A stretch of DNA of 64,000 nt from an uncultured Actinomycetes bacterium (lineage in GTDB: Bacteria > Actinomycetota > UBA4738 > HRBIN12). Where the stretch lies: positions 80,211 to 144,210 of the forward strand of contig CAWBAK010000001.1 of assembly GCA_963786805.1 (NCBI GenBank), written 5' to 3'. A program made the translations under genes and the position numbers. Under the pieces are notes generated by a model. It did not search any database. It was not told where the DNA came from and saw only the letters and a program-made list of their open reading frames with translations. Below, piece after piece: positions 11,184-21,005 of this stretch (positions are counted from its first letter, which is position 1; each line of letters opens with the position of its first letter).

Positions 11184-11947
11184 CGCTCGCCAAACGCATC
11201 CTCCCCTGTCTGGACGTCGACGCCGGACGCGTGGTGAAGGGGACCCGGTTCGTGGACCTGCGCGACGCCGGCGATCCGGTGGAGCTCGCGGCGCGTTACG
11301 ACTCGGAAGGCGCGGACGAGCTCGTGTTCCTCGACATCACGGCAACGCTGGAGGGACGGCAGGCGACGCTCGACGTGATCGGGCGGACCGCCGACCAGGT
11401 CTTCATCCCGCTCACGGTCGGCGGCGGCGTTCGCGAGGACGAGGACGTGAGAACGCTCCTGCGCGCCGGCGCCGACAAGGTCGCGATCAACAGCGCCGCG
11501 GTTCGCGAGCCCTCGCTGCTCGGCCGCTGCGCCGAGCGGTTCGGGACGCAGTGCATCGTCATCGCGATCGACGCGAAGCGGCGCAACGGCGACGGCTGGG
11601 AGGTCTTCGTCGACGCGGGCCGAACGCCGGCCGGCCGGGACGCCGTCGAGTGGGCCGCCGAGGCCACCGGGACGTACGGAGCGGGCGAGGTCCTGTTGAC
11701 CTCGATGGACCGGGACGGCACCGGCGAGGGCTACGACCTCGAGTTGCTGCAAGCGGTCGGCGACGCGGTCCGCGTGCCGGTCGTCGCGAGCGGCGGCGCC
11801 GGGAAGGTCGAGCACTTCGCGGAGGCACTCACCGAGGGCCGCGCCGATGCCGTCCTGGCCGCATCGAGGTTCCACTTCGAGGAGCTCACGATCCGCGACG
11901 TGAAGGACCATCTGGCGCGGGCCGGCATCCCCGTGAGGACGGCGTGA
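11180..11947 (+). CDS. hisF: IGP synthase cyclase subunit
   Basis: [23 protein letters not shown] and [10 protein letters not shown] motifs. Confidence 0.95.
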   Translation: MTLAKRILPCLDVDAGRVVKGTRFVDLRDAGDPVELAARYDSEGADELVFLDITATLEGRQATLDVIGRTADQVFIPLTVGGGVREDEDVRTLLRAGADKVAINSAAVREPSLLGRCAERFGTQCIVIAIDAKRRNGDGWEVFVDAGRTPAGRDAVEWAAEATGTYGAGEVLLTSMDRDGTGEGYDLELLQAVGDAVRVPVVASGGAGKVEHFAEALTEGRADAVLAASRFHFEELTIRDVKDHLARAGIPVRTA

Positions 11948-12270
11948 TGGAGCAGATCGCGCTCGACGAGATCCGTTTCGACGACCGGGGGCTGGTCCCG
12001 GCCGTGGTCCAGGACGTCGAGAACGGCGACGTCCTCATGATGGCCTGGATGAACCGCACGTCGCTCGAGCGCACGCTCGAGGAGCGGCGCACGGTGTTCT
12101 GGAGCCGCTCCCGCCAGGAGCTCTGGCGCAAGGGCGAAACGAGCGGACACGTTCAGCACGTCGAGGAGGTTCGCATCGACTGTGACGGCGACGTCCTGCT
12201 GGTCCGCGTCCATCAGGTCGGCGCGGCCTGTCACACCGGCGAACGAACGTGCTTCTTCCGGAGGCTCTGA
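11947..12270 (+). CDS. hisI: Phosphoribosyl-AMP cyclohydrolase (monofunctional)
   Basis: [21 protein letters not shown] and ACHTG..TCF motifs; no HisE domain. Confidence 0.93.
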   Translation: MEQIALDEIRFDDRGLVPAVVQDVENGDVLMMAWMNRTSLERTLEERRTVFWSRSRQELWRKGETSGHVQHVEEVRIDCDGDVLLVRVHQVGAACHTGERTCFFRRL

Positions 12271-13145
12271 TGCTGAAGCTCGTGATCCCGAAGGGCTCGC
12301 TCGAACAGCAGACCCTGCGGCTGTTCGAGGAGGCGGACCTGCGCGTGCGCCGCGGCTCGGACCGCGATTACCACGGCACGATCGACGACGAGCGGATCGA
12401 GCGCGTCTCGCTCCTTCGCCCGCAGGAGATCCCGCTCTACGTGCAGGACGGACTGTTCGACCTCGGCATCACGGGGCAGGACTGGATCGCGGAGACCGCG
12501 GCGGACGTCGAGGTGCTGACGCCGCTTTCCTACGCGAAGAGCGGCTCCGGCCACGGCACGAAGGTCGTCCTCGCCGTGCCTGCCGACCACCCGGCGAACA
12601 GCGCGAAGGAGATGCCGCCGGGGTCGAGGATCTCGACCGAGTTCGAGAGCCTGACGAAGCGCTACTTCGAGGACCTCGGGATCGACGTGCACGTCGTCTG
12701 GTCCTTCGGCGCCACCGAAGCCAAGGTGCCCGAGATCGTCGACGCGATCGTCGACATCACCGAGACCGGCAGCACCCTGCGCGCGCACGGCATGAAGGTC
12801 ATCGAGACGCTGATGACCTCCGAGCCGGTGTTGGTGGCGAACCGCGAGGCCGCGTCCGATCCCGTGAAGCGGGGCGCGATGGACGACATCACCACGCTGC
12901 TCCTGTCCGCGTTACGGGCGGAGGGCCGCGTGCTGATCAAGATGAACGTCGGAGAGGCCGACCTGCAGCTGGTGCTCGAGGTCGTTCCCGCGATGAAATC
13001 CCCGACCGTGGCGCAGTTGCAAGAGGGCGGCTACGCGATCGAGACCGTCGTCGAGAAGGCCCAGGTGAACCGCCTGATCCCGCTGCTGAAGACCAAGGGC
13101 GCGACGGACATCCTCGAGATCCCCATCTCGAAGATCGTCCCGTGA
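12270..13145 (+). CDS. hisG: ATP phosphoribosyltransferase, long form
   Basis: PKGSL, RPQEIP.YV..G..D.GITG.D and DAIVDITETGSTLRA motifs; C-terminal regulatory domain. Confidence 0.93.
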   Translation: MLKLVIPKGSLEQQTLRLFEEADLRVRRGSDRDYHGTIDDERIERVSLLRPQEIPLYVQDGLFDLGITGQDWIAETAADVEVLTPLSYAKSGSGHGTKVVLAVPADHPANSAKEMPPGSRISTEFESLTKRYFEDLGIDVHVVWSFGATEAKVPEIVDAIVDITETGSTLRAHGMKVIETLMTSEPVLVANREAASDPVKRGAMDDITTLLLSALRAEGRVLIKMNVGEADLQLVLEVVPAMKSPTVAQLQEGGYAIETVVEKAQVNRLIPLLKTKGATDILEIPISKIVP

Positions 13146-13152
13146 CCTGCAC

Positions 13153-13181
13153 TTGACCGGTCGGCGGCCGCCTGTCAGACT
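13153..13181 (+). promoter_or_regulatory. Housekeeping-sigma promoter TTGACC-N17-CAGACT with extended TG
   Basis: -35 at 13153-13158, TG at 13173-13174, -10 at 13176-13181. Confidence 0.55.
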
Positions 13182-13187
13182 GCATCC

Positions 13188-13241
13188 GTGTTTGACTCGC
13201 CGTTCAACTTCGCGACGTCGTTCCACGTAGCCGCCCGCTAG
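13188..13241 (+). CDS. Putative leaderless Phe-rich leader peptide MFDSPFNFATSFHVAAR
   Basis: GTG 6 nt after the -10; four Phe in the first 12 codons; followed by hairpins. Confidence 0.45.
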   Translation: MFDSPFNFATSFHVAAR

Positions 13242-13300
13242 GGCGCGCGCCCGCCGCGGGCCGCCCGGCCAGCGTGAGCCCCTCATCGAACGCCGCACAT

Positions 13301-13336
13301 TGGCCGAGCGCGTTTCGTTCGGTCATTCAATTCTCT
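13301..13336 (+). terminator. Terminator/attenuator-like hairpin upstream of aceA
   Basis: TGGCCGAGCG-CGTTT-CGTTCGGTCA 10-bp stem (2 G:U) followed by TTCAATTCTCT. Confidence 0.45.
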
Positions 13337-13352
13337 CCGGACATGGAGGTCC

Positions 13353-14711
13353 ATGATGATCGACCTCACGCAGGAAGAGCGGATCCAACGGGAGGCGACG
13401 AGCCTCAGCAGGCGATGGGCTACGAGCTCCCGCTGGAGTGGCATCGAGCGCCCGTACACGGCCGAGGACGTCATCCGGCTCCGCGGCTCGATCAACGTCG
13501 AGCACACGCTCGCGCGCCTGGGCGCCGCGAGCCTGTGGCGACTGATGACCGAGGGCGCCTACGTCGCGGCACTCGGCGCGCTCACCGGCGGGCAGGCCGT
13601 CGAGATGGTGAAGGCCGGCCTGCGCGCGATCTACGTCTCGGGATGGCAGGTCGCGGCCGACGCGAACCTCGCAGGCCATACCTACCCCGATCAGTCGCTG
13701 TATCCGGCCAACAGCGTCCCGGCGGTCGTGCGCCGGATCAACAACGCGCTGCAGCGCGCCGACCAGATCGCGTGGGTCGAAGGCCGAACGGACACGCACT
13801 GGCTCGCGCCGATCGTGGCGGATGCCGAGGCCGGATTCGGCGGTCCGCTGAACGCGTTCGAGCTCATGAAGGCGACGATCGAAGCCGGCGCCGCCGGCGT
13901 GCATTTCGAGGACCAGCTCGCCAGCGAGAAGAAGTGCGGTCATCTCGGCGGCAAGGTGCTCGTCCCGACCGAGCAGTTCGTCGGGACGCTCTCGGCGGCC
14001 CGTCTCGCTGCGGACGTGTGTGGAGTCCCGACGGTGCTGATCGCGCGAACGGACGCGCTCTCCGCCACGCTCCTCCTGAGCGACGCCGACGGCCGGGATC
14101 ACGCGTTCCTCGACGGGGAACGAACGCGCGAGGGCTTCTTCCTCGTTCGGGGCGGGATCGAGGCCGCGATCGCGCGGGGGCTTGCGTATGCGCCGTACGC
14201 GGACGTGCTGTGGTGCGAGACGTCCACGCCCGACCTGGCGGAGGCCCGAACGTTCGCCGAGGCGATCCACGCCGAGTTCCCCGGAAAACTCCTCGCGTAC
14301 AACTGCTCGCCGAGCTTCAACTGGAAGAAGCACCTGGACGACGACACGATCGCGCGCTTCCAGCGAGAGCTCGCCGCGATGGGGTACCGGTTCCAGTTCG
14401 TCACGCTGGCCGGCTTCCACGCACTGAACGCGTCGATGTTCGAGCTCGCGTCCGGATATGCGGCCGAGGGCATGACTGCGTACGTGCGGCTGCAGGAGCG
14501 TGAGCTCGAGCTCGAACGTCATGGGTACACGGCCACGCGTCACCAGGCGGAGGTCGGCACGGGCTACTTCGACCTGGTGTCCACGATCGTGTCCAGCGGC
14601 CGAGCGTCGACCCTGGCGCTGGCCGGGTCGACCGAGGTGGCGCAGTTCCAGTCGCCCGCCGATCGGAACGGTCGTTCCGCTGGTGTCGCCGACCGGACCC
14701 GCGCCGATTAG
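13353..14711 (+). CDS. aceA: Isocitrate lyase
   Basis: KKCGHLGGK signature, DAEAGFGG and [10 protein letters not shown] motifs; SD GGAGG. Confidence 0.96.
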   Translation: MMIDLTQEERIQREATSLSRRWATSSRWSGIERPYTAEDVIRLRGSINVEHTLARLGAASLWRLMTEGAYVAALGALTGGQAVEMVKAGLRAIYVSGWQVAADANLAGHTYPDQSLYPANSVPAVVRRINNALQRADQIAWVEGRTDTHWLAPIVADAEAGFGGPLNAFELMKATIEAGAAGVHFEDQLASEKKCGHLGGKVLVPTEQFVGTLSAARLAADVCGVPTVLIARTDALSATLLLSDADGRDHAFLDGERTREGFFLVRGGIEAAIARGLAYAPYADVLWCETSTPDLAEARTFAEAIHAEFPGKLLAYNCSPSFNWKKHLDDDTIARFQRELAAMGYRFQFVTLAGFHALNASMFELASGYAAEGMTAYVRLQERELELERHGYTATRHQAEVGTGYFDLVSTIVSSGRASTLALAGSTEVAQFQSPADRNGRSAGVADRTRAD

Positions 14712-14900
14712 ACGCGGATCGGCGGCTCGGCGTCGGGCGGCGGCGCGGGGCTCGGCGACGGGTCCGGGTTCGGAGGCTGGGGCGCCGGAAGCGGATCCGG
14801 GTTCGGGGGAGTTCGGCAGCGGCACCGGTCCGGGTGGGTCGGGGCGCTCGGGCTGCGGGTCCGGGGCGGGATCGGGCTGTTCGTTCCGGATCACGATCAC
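14708..14900 (-). CDS. Small Pro/Asp-rich peptide (about 63 aa; needs one frameshift in a C run near 14806)
   Basis: SD GAGGGAGG before GTG; [30 protein letters not shown] continues as [32 protein letters not shown] after a 1-nt shift. Confidence 0.4.
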
Positions 14901-15060
14901 GACGTCCCTCCCTCTGCCTCGACTCCGCTGCCGCGATGGGCTCCGGCGCGGATCACTTCGCTCCGCCGGCGCTCGACGTTCCCTTTTCGCTTTTCGAGCC
15001 TACCCGGCGGGGTTGTGAGGAAACCTTCTGCCCGCCCGGGCGACTCCCGGGAGGCTCGGG

Positions 15061-15117
15061 GCCAGGCACAGAACCAGGGGCCACGCACAGAACCAGGGGC
15101 CAGGCACGGAACCCGGG
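15061..15117. repeat. Three tandem 19-bp repeats (GCCAGGCACAGAACCAGGG)
   Basis: Units start at 15061, 15080 and 15099, with 1-2 mismatches to the first unit; intergenic. Confidence 0.85.
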
Positions 15118-15158
15118 CTCCCCCGCTCCCTCCACGCCCGGCCGGTACCATTCGCGGC

Positions 15159-16020
15159 GTGCTGCGCGGAGCGATCGCCGCGGTGGTGACGCCGCTCACG
15201 TCCGGAGGCTCGGGCCTCGACGAATCCGGGTTCGCCCCGCTGGTTCGTTTCCTCGCCGACGGTGGGATCGACGGGCTCCTGGCCTGCGGAACGACCGGTG
15301 AAGGCATCCTGCTCTCGGTCGAGGAACGACGGACCGCGGCCGAGGCGTTCCTGGGCTCCCGTTCCGACGGGTTCCAGGTCGCCGTCCACGCGGGCGCACA
15401 GACGACCGCCGACACCGTGGCCCTCGCCGCGCACGCCCGGGAGATCGGCGCCGACGCCGTCGCGGTGATCGCGCCTCCGTACTTCCCGCTCGGCGAGGAC
15501 GAGATCGTGAACCACCTGCGCGCTGCCGCAGAGGCGAGCGAGCCGCTCCCGTTCTACCCGTACGAGTTCGCCGGACGCTCCGGGTACTCGATCCCGGTTC
15601 GGGCGATCGAACGGCTGCGCGAGCTCGTGCCGAACCTCGCCGGGATGAAGGTCTCGGACACGCCGTGGGCAGCGGTTGAGCCCTACGGGTTCGATGGGCT
15701 CGACCTGTTCGTCGGGAACGAGCCGATCGTCCTCGAGGGTCTCGCGCACGGCGCGGCCGGTGCGGTGAGCGGGCTCGCGACCGCGTTCCCCGAGATCGTG
15801 TCGGCGCTCGTGCACGAGCGGAGCCGCAAGGCGAGCGAGCGGGTCACGACGCTTCGCAGGCTGCTCGGGCCGATCCCGTTCCACGCCGCCCTGAAGGAGA
15901 TCCTCATCGATGCGCGGCGTTCCCATCCGCCCCGACGTCCGGGCCCCGCTCCGAGGCCTCACCGATGAGGAACGCGGGCGCGCCCTGGCCGCCGCCCACG
16001 AGGTCGGCGCGATCGGCTGA
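15159..16020 (+). CDS. Dihydrodipicolinate synthase / N-acetylneuraminate lyase family protein (frameshift near 15915)
   Basis: GTTGEG, GADAVAVIAPPYF and AGMKVS motifs; C-terminus VRAPLRGL in shifted frame; leaderless GTG 7 nt after TACCAT. Confidence 0.85.
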
Positions 16021-16047
16021 CGCCTCGCGCGGGTGGCCTGCCGAGCC

Positions 16048-16077
16048 TTGACACGCACGCGGCACGGGCCGTAGGTT
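16048..16077 (+). promoter_or_regulatory. Promoter TTGACA-N18-TAGGTT for the sulfur assimilation operon
   Basis: Consensus -35 and TAnnnT -10. Confidence 0.65.
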
Positions 16078-16112
16078 TTGCACCTGCAATTCCGACTCAA
16101 GGAGTGGAGTTC

Positions 16113-16226
16113 GTGATCCGGACGCGTATCGCAGGGCAGGTGGCGGCCATGATCCCCGCCCGTCTCTGCGGCTGTTCCATGTCCCCGGTCGCCGTTCGCG
16201 GCGACGAGGTACGCGTGCGGCGCTGA
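16113..16226 (+). CDS. Putative Cys-containing leader peptide (37 aa)
   Basis: SD AAGGAG; MIRTRIAGQVAAMIPARLCGCSMSPVAVRGDEVRVRR; lies between the promoter and a terminator ahead of sir. Confidence 0.5.
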   Translation: MIRTRIAGQVAAMIPARLCGCSMSPVAVRGDEVRVRR

Positions 16227-16251
16227 GATCCTTCCCTCCGAGCACCATCCG

Positions 16252-16283
16252 GGAGCCGCACCTGCGGCTCCTTTTCCTATTTC
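16252..16283 (+). terminator. Intrinsic terminator/attenuator in the sir leader
   Basis: GGAGCCGC-ACCT-GCGGCTCC perfect stem followed by TTTTCCTATTT. Confidence 0.7.
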
Positions 16284-16307
16284 CCGAGAGGCCTCCAGAT
16301 CGGACCG

Positions 16308-17996
16308 ATGGCCGGCATACCGACGACACCGAGGAAACGCGGCGAAGGCCAGTGGGGGCTCGGCTACTTCGAGCCCCTGAACCCGGCCGAGCGCGCCAAG
16401 CGCGACGACGACGGCTTGCACGTGCGCGCTCGGATCGAGGCGAAGTACTCCAAGCAGGGCTTCCGATCGATCGACAAGACCGACCTGCGGAGCCGGTTCC
16501 GGTGGTGGGGCCTCTACACCCAGCGCAAGCAGGGCATCCCGGGCGGCGCGACGGCCAACGTCGAACCGCAGGAGCTCGAGGACGAGTTCTTCATGCTGCG
16601 GATCCGGATCCCGGGTGGCCAGCTCACCGCCGAGCAGCTCCGGGCGATCGCCTCGTGCAGCGAGCGGTACGGGCGCGACGTCGCCGACGTCACCGACCGG
16701 CAGAACGTGCAGCTCCACTGGATCCGGATCGAGGACGTCCCGAGCATCTGGGAGACCCTCGAGTCGGCCGGCCTCTCGACGCAGGAGGCTTGTGGCGACA
16801 CGCCTCGCGTGATGCTCGGGTGTCCGCTCGCCGGGGTCGACGCCGACGAGATCGTCGACGCGACGCCGTATCTGCTCGAGACCGAACGCCGGTACGTCGG
16901 CGACGAGTCGTTCTCGAACCTGCCGCGGAAGTTCAAGACCTCGATCAGCGGCTGCCGGCAGCAGTGCGCGCAGCACGAGGTCAACGACGTGGCGTTCGTC
17001 GGCGTCGAGCGCCCCGACGGCTCCGCCGGCTTCGACCTCTGGGTCGGCGGTGGGCTCTCGACGAGCCCGCACGTCGCGAAGCGCCTCGGCGTGTTCGTCG
17101 ACCCGGACCTCGTCCCCGAGGTGTGGGCCGCGGTCGCCGGCACGTTCCGCGACTATGGCTACCGCCGCGCCCGAAACCACGCGCGGCTGAAGTTCCTCGT
17201 GGCCGACAAAGGCGTCGACTGGTTCCGCGAGGTGATGGAGAAGGAGTACCTCGGCTTCGCGCTTCCCGACGGCGACGCGCCACCGTCCTCGCCCGACGCG
17301 CATCGCGACCACGTCGGCGTGTTCCCGCAGAAGGACGGGTGCGCCTATGTCGGGTTCGCCCCGCGAGCCGGCCGGATCCCCGGACATCAACTCCGGAAGG
17401 TCGCCGACCTCGCCGAACGGTTCGGCGACGGCCGCGTTCGGACGACGACGCAGCAGAAGATGGTGATCCTCGGCGTCGAGCCGGCGTTCGCGCCCGACCT
17501 GGTCGCGGCGCTGGAGGACGAGGACCTCGCGGTGCGGCCGAGCCCCTTCCGCAAGGGCCTCATGGCGTGCACCGGGATCGAGTTCTGCAAGCTCGCGCTC
17601 ACCGAGACCAAGGGACGGGCGATCTGGCTCGCCCGCGAGCTCGAGGAGCGCCTGCCGGACTTCGACGAGGACGTGCGGATCCACGTGAACGGCTGCCCGA
17701 ACTCGTGCGCGCGGTTCCAGATCGCCGACATCGGATTGATGGGGGCGGTGCAGCCGAGGCCGGATGGCACGAAGAGCGAGTCCTTCCTCGTCCATCTCGG
17801 CGGCGGGCTCGGGGAGAACGGATCGTTCGCGCGAAAGGCGAAGGGGATCCGCGTGTTCGCGGAAGACTCGGCCGACTACGTCGAGACGCTCCTGCGGCGC
17901 TATCGCTACCGGAAGAACGGGCACGAGACCTTCACAGCGTTCGTGCGGTCGCTGTCGGACGCCGAGCTCGCCGAGTTCGCGAGGTGGGACCGATGA
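16308..17996 (+). CDS. sir: Ferredoxin-dependent sulfite/nitrite reductase (siroheme, 4Fe-4S)
   Basis: TDRQNVQ, NLPRKFK, ACTGIEFCKLA and NGCPNSCAR motifs; operon with cysH. Confidence 0.9.
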   Translation: MAGIPTTPRKRGEGQWGLGYFEPLNPAERAKRDDDGLHVRARIEAKYSKQGFRSIDKTDLRSRFRWWGLYTQRKQGIPGGATANVEPQELEDEFFMLRIRIPGGQLTAEQLRAIASCSERYGRDVADVTDRQNVQLHWIRIEDVPSIWETLESAGLSTQEACGDTPRVMLGCPLAGVDADEIVDATPYLLETERRYVGDESFSNLPRKFKTSISGCRQQCAQHEVNDVAFVGVERPDGSAGFDLWVGGGLSTSPHVAKRLGVFVDPDLVPEVWAAVAGTFRDYGYRRARNHARLKFLVADKGVDWFREVMEKEYLGFALPDGDAPPSSPDAHRDHVGVFPQKDGCAYVGFAPRAGRIPGHQLRKVADLAERFGDGRVRTTTQQKMVILGVEPAFAPDLVAALEDEDLAVRPSPFRKGLMACTGIEFCKLALTETKGRAIWLARELEERLPDFDEDVRIHVNGCPNSCARFQIADIGLMGAVQPRPDGTKSESFLVHLGGGLGENGSFARKAKGIRVFAEDSADYVETLLRRYRYRKNGHETFTAFVRSLSDAELAEFARWDR

Positions 17997-18154
17997 GCGA
18001 CCCGACACCGCGCGTGCAGCCGTTCTTCTGCCCGTACTGCGGCGAGCAGGACCTGCGACCGGCCGGCCGGGCCGCGTGGCATTGCCGCGTGTGCGACCGC
18101 CGGTTCGAGCTGGGCTTCCTCGGTCTTGGCTCGGGAGAGGAGCCGGCCAAGTGA
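17993..18154 (+). CDS. Small zinc-ribbon protein between sir and cysH
   Basis: MSDPTPRVQPFFCPYCGEQDLRP...WHCRVCDRRF; ATGA/GTGA overlaps on both sides. Confidence 0.75.
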   Translation: MSDPTPRVQPFFCPYCGEQDLRPAGRAAWHCRVCDRRFELGFLGLGSGEEPAK

Positions 18155-18982
18155 ACGGGCGCGAGCCGGTCCACGAGCCTGCGCTACCCGTCGTTGACGA
18201 GGAGGCGGCGTGGGTGCACGAGGCCGCCGAACGGTTCGAGGATGCGAGCGCGCAGGAGCTCCTCGCGTGGGCCCTCGAACGGTTCCACCCGAAGATGGCG
18301 ATCAGCGCCGCCGGCGGTGTCGACGGGATGGTGCTCGTCGACATGGCCTGGCGGATCGACCCGTCGGTCCGCGTGTTCACGCTCGACACCGGCCGCCTGC
18401 CGGCCGAGACCTACTCGCTGTTCGAGGAGGTCCGCGACCGCTACGGCATCGAGGTCGAGTTCGAGTTCCCCGACCGGCTCGAGGTCGAACGCCTCGTGAA
18501 GCAGCACGGCCCGAACCTGATGTATCGCGGGGTCGACCTCCGGCTCTCGTGCTGCGAGATCCGCAAGGTGGAACCGCTGAAGCGCAAGCTCGCGACGCTC
18601 GACGCGTGGGTGGCCGGCCTTCGGCGCGAGCAGTGGCGGAGCCGCAGGAACATCGCGAAGGTCGAGATCGACCAGGATCACGGCGGCATCGTGAAGCTCA
18701 ACCCGCTCGCCGACTGGACCCTCGACCGCGTGTGGTCCTACATCCACGAGCACGAGGTCCCGTACCACGAGCTCTTCGACCACGGCTTCACGTCGATCGG
18801 CTGCGCCCCCTGCACACGCGCCGTCCTCCCCGGCGAGCACGAACGCGCCGGCCGCTGGTGGTGGGAGTCCGAGACCGACAAGGAATGCGGCATCCACTGC
18901 TCCGTCGGCCTCCTCGGCTCGAAGAGCAGACGCCGAGAAGGAGCAAGCGAACGGTGCCGCCCTCACCGAGGAGGCGTCGTAG
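18151..18982 (+). CDS. cysH: APS/PAPS reductase, 4Fe-4S type (frameshift near C-terminus, about 18925)
   Basis: LDTG, CCEIRKVEPL, SIGCAPCT, RAGRWWWE and ECGIH motifs. Confidence 0.92.
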
Positions 18983-18984
18983 CG

Positions 18985-19579
18985 ATGCCGTTCGCGTACC
19001 CGGTTCTGCTCGAGCTCTCGGGCAAACGGGCGGTGGTGATCGGGTCGTTCGCGCTCGCCGAGCGCAAGGACGTGGACCTTGCGAGAGGCGGGCGCCGACG
19101 TCGACGTGTTCGCGAACGGCGCGTGGCGTCCCGAGGACCTGGACGGCGCGTTCGTGTGCGTCGCCTCGTCCGAGGACCCGGCCGAGCGCGACGCCATCGC
19201 GCGGGCGGCCCGAGAGCGCGGCGTCCTCGTGAACGTCATGGACGACATCCCGAACTGCGACTTCGCGGCGCCGGCGATCGTCCGCCGGGGCGACCTCGTC
19301 GTGGCGATCGGCACGGGCGGGCGCTCTCCGGCGCTCGCGCGCAAGGTCCGCGAGGACATCGAGGCGCGGTACGGCGAGGAGTGGACGGAGGTGCTCGCCG
19401 TCGTGGCGAAGGTCCGGAGCGAGACCCTGCCGAAGCTGACGGACCTCGCGACGCGCGCGCGCCGGTGGCGGAGGGCGCTCGACCTCGACGAGGCGGCGGC
19501 GCTCGTGCGCGCCGACCGCTCCGACGAGCTGCGCCGCCGGCTCCTCGACCGGCTCCTGCGCGACGAGGAGGTCGCGTGA
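18985..19579 (+). CDS. Precorrin-2 dehydrogenase / sirohydrochlorin ferrochelatase (CysG N-terminal type; frameshift near 19080)
   Basis: YPVLLEL.GK..VVIG, VNVMDDIPNCDF..PAIV and AIGTGGRSPALA motifs. Confidence 0.85.
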
Positions 19580-20331
19580 GCGGGTTCGTCTACCTCGTCG
19601 GCGCCGGTCCCGGCGACCCGAAGCTCATCACCGTGCGCGGCGCTGAGGTACTCGGGCTCGCCGACGTCGTCGTGTACGACCGGCTCGCGTCCCCGGCGCT
19701 CCTGGAGCTCGCCCCCAGCGCCGAGCGCATCTACGCGGGCAAGGAGCCCGGCCGCGCGGCGATGCGCCAGGAGCAGATCGACGCACTCCTGGTCGAGCGC
19801 GGGCTGGCGGGAGACGTGGTCGTGCGGCTCAAGGGCGGCGACCCGTTCGTGTTCGGCCGCGGAGGTGAAGAGGCGCTCGCATGCGCTCGCGCGGGCGTGC
19901 CGTTCGAAGTCGTCCCGGGCGTGAGCTCCGCGATCGCCGCTCCGGCCGCCGTGGGGATCCCCGTAACGCACCGAGGCGTGGCACAGAGCTTCGCCGTCGT
20001 CACGGCGAGCACCGCGCACGGCGACGAGGTCGACCTCGCGTCCGTCGCGGGCGCCGCGGACACGCTGGTCCTGCTGATGGCCGCGGGACATCTGGAGGAG
20101 ACCTGCCGTTCGTTGATCGATGCCGGGCGTCCCGAGGACGAGCCCACCGCGATCGTCCAGTGGGCGACGACGCCGGACCAACGGCACGTCATCGGCACCC
20201 TTGCCGACCTGCCGGCCCTCGCCCTCGCCGCGTCGATCGGACCGCCGGCCACCCTTGTCGTCGGACAGGTGGTGGCCGTCGCGGAGGAGCTCGACCGTCT
20301 GCGCTCGGCTATCCCCTCAGCAGCGCGCTGA
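19576..20331 (+). CDS. cobA: Uroporphyrinogen-III C-methyltransferase
   Basis: [27 protein letters not shown] and IPVTHRG motifs. Confidence 0.92.
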   Translation: MSGFVYLVGAGPGDPKLITVRGAEVLGLADVVVYDRLASPALLELAPSAERIYAGKEPGRAAMRQEQIDALLVERGLAGDVVVRLKGGDPFVFGRGGEEALACARAGVPFEVVPGVSSAIAAPAAVGIPVTHRGVAQSFAVVTASTAHGDEVDLASVAGAADTLVLLMAAGHLEETCRSLIDAGRPEDEPTAIVQWATTPDQRHVIGTLADLPALALAASIGPPATLVVGQVVAVAEELDRLRSAIPSAAR

Positions 20332-21005
20332 TCTCGCGCAGGTCCTCGATCTTCTGCCCCTGCCAATCCTCCGCCTCGGGCCGAAGCGCCTCGATGTGGG
20401 CCTCCGCCGGGTCGCGGATCAGGACCGCGTGCATCCCGACGCTCGTGGCGCCCGACAGCTCGGCGTACGCGCCGTCGCCCACGTAGAGACATCGCGCCGG
20501 ATCGACGCCGAGGCGCTCGCAGGCCAGCAGGTAGATCTCGGGTTCCGGCTTCCGCAGGCCGACCTCGCACGAGAAGATCTCGACGTCGATGAGTCCGGCG
20601 AGCGGAGACGAATGCCACAACGCCGGCGTGTCCGGAGCGCACATGCTGATCAGGGCGGTCGGGACGGCGGCGTTCGCGCAACGCGCGAAGGACCTCCTCC
20701 GCTCCGGTCCGAGGGACGAACCACTTGCGATAGAGCTCGGCGCGCGCCTCGAGCGCCTCGGCCACCTGCGCGTCGCTCGGCCAGGCGCCCGCGCGAGCGG
20801 CGACGGTTCGCAGGTTCTCCTCGATATCGCCGGCGCGTCCGGTCTGTCGGTCGATCGCCGTCGCCGCCCAGGCGCGTTGGAACGCGCCCGGTTCCGCCTC
20901 GAACACGGCCGCGGTGGTGTCGAGCCACTCGTCCCAATCCGAGCGTGGGAACTCGTAGACGAGCGTCCCGAACAGGTCGAAGATCACCGCGTCGAACGCG
21001 CTCAC
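20309..21005 (-). CDS. HAD-family hydrolase (frameshift near 20670)
   Basis: [17 protein letters not shown] and LYVGDG motifs. Confidence 0.85.

Noticed and set aside
16080-16300. SAM-I/SAM-IV riboswitch before the sulfur operon
   Set aside because: I could not find the conserved SAM-binding core elements; uORF plus terminator explains the leader better. An Rfam scan would settle it.
17993-18154. Zinc-ribbon mini-ORF as an insertion-element remnant
   Set aside because: It is translationally coupled within the sir-cysH operon and has no IRs or transposase.
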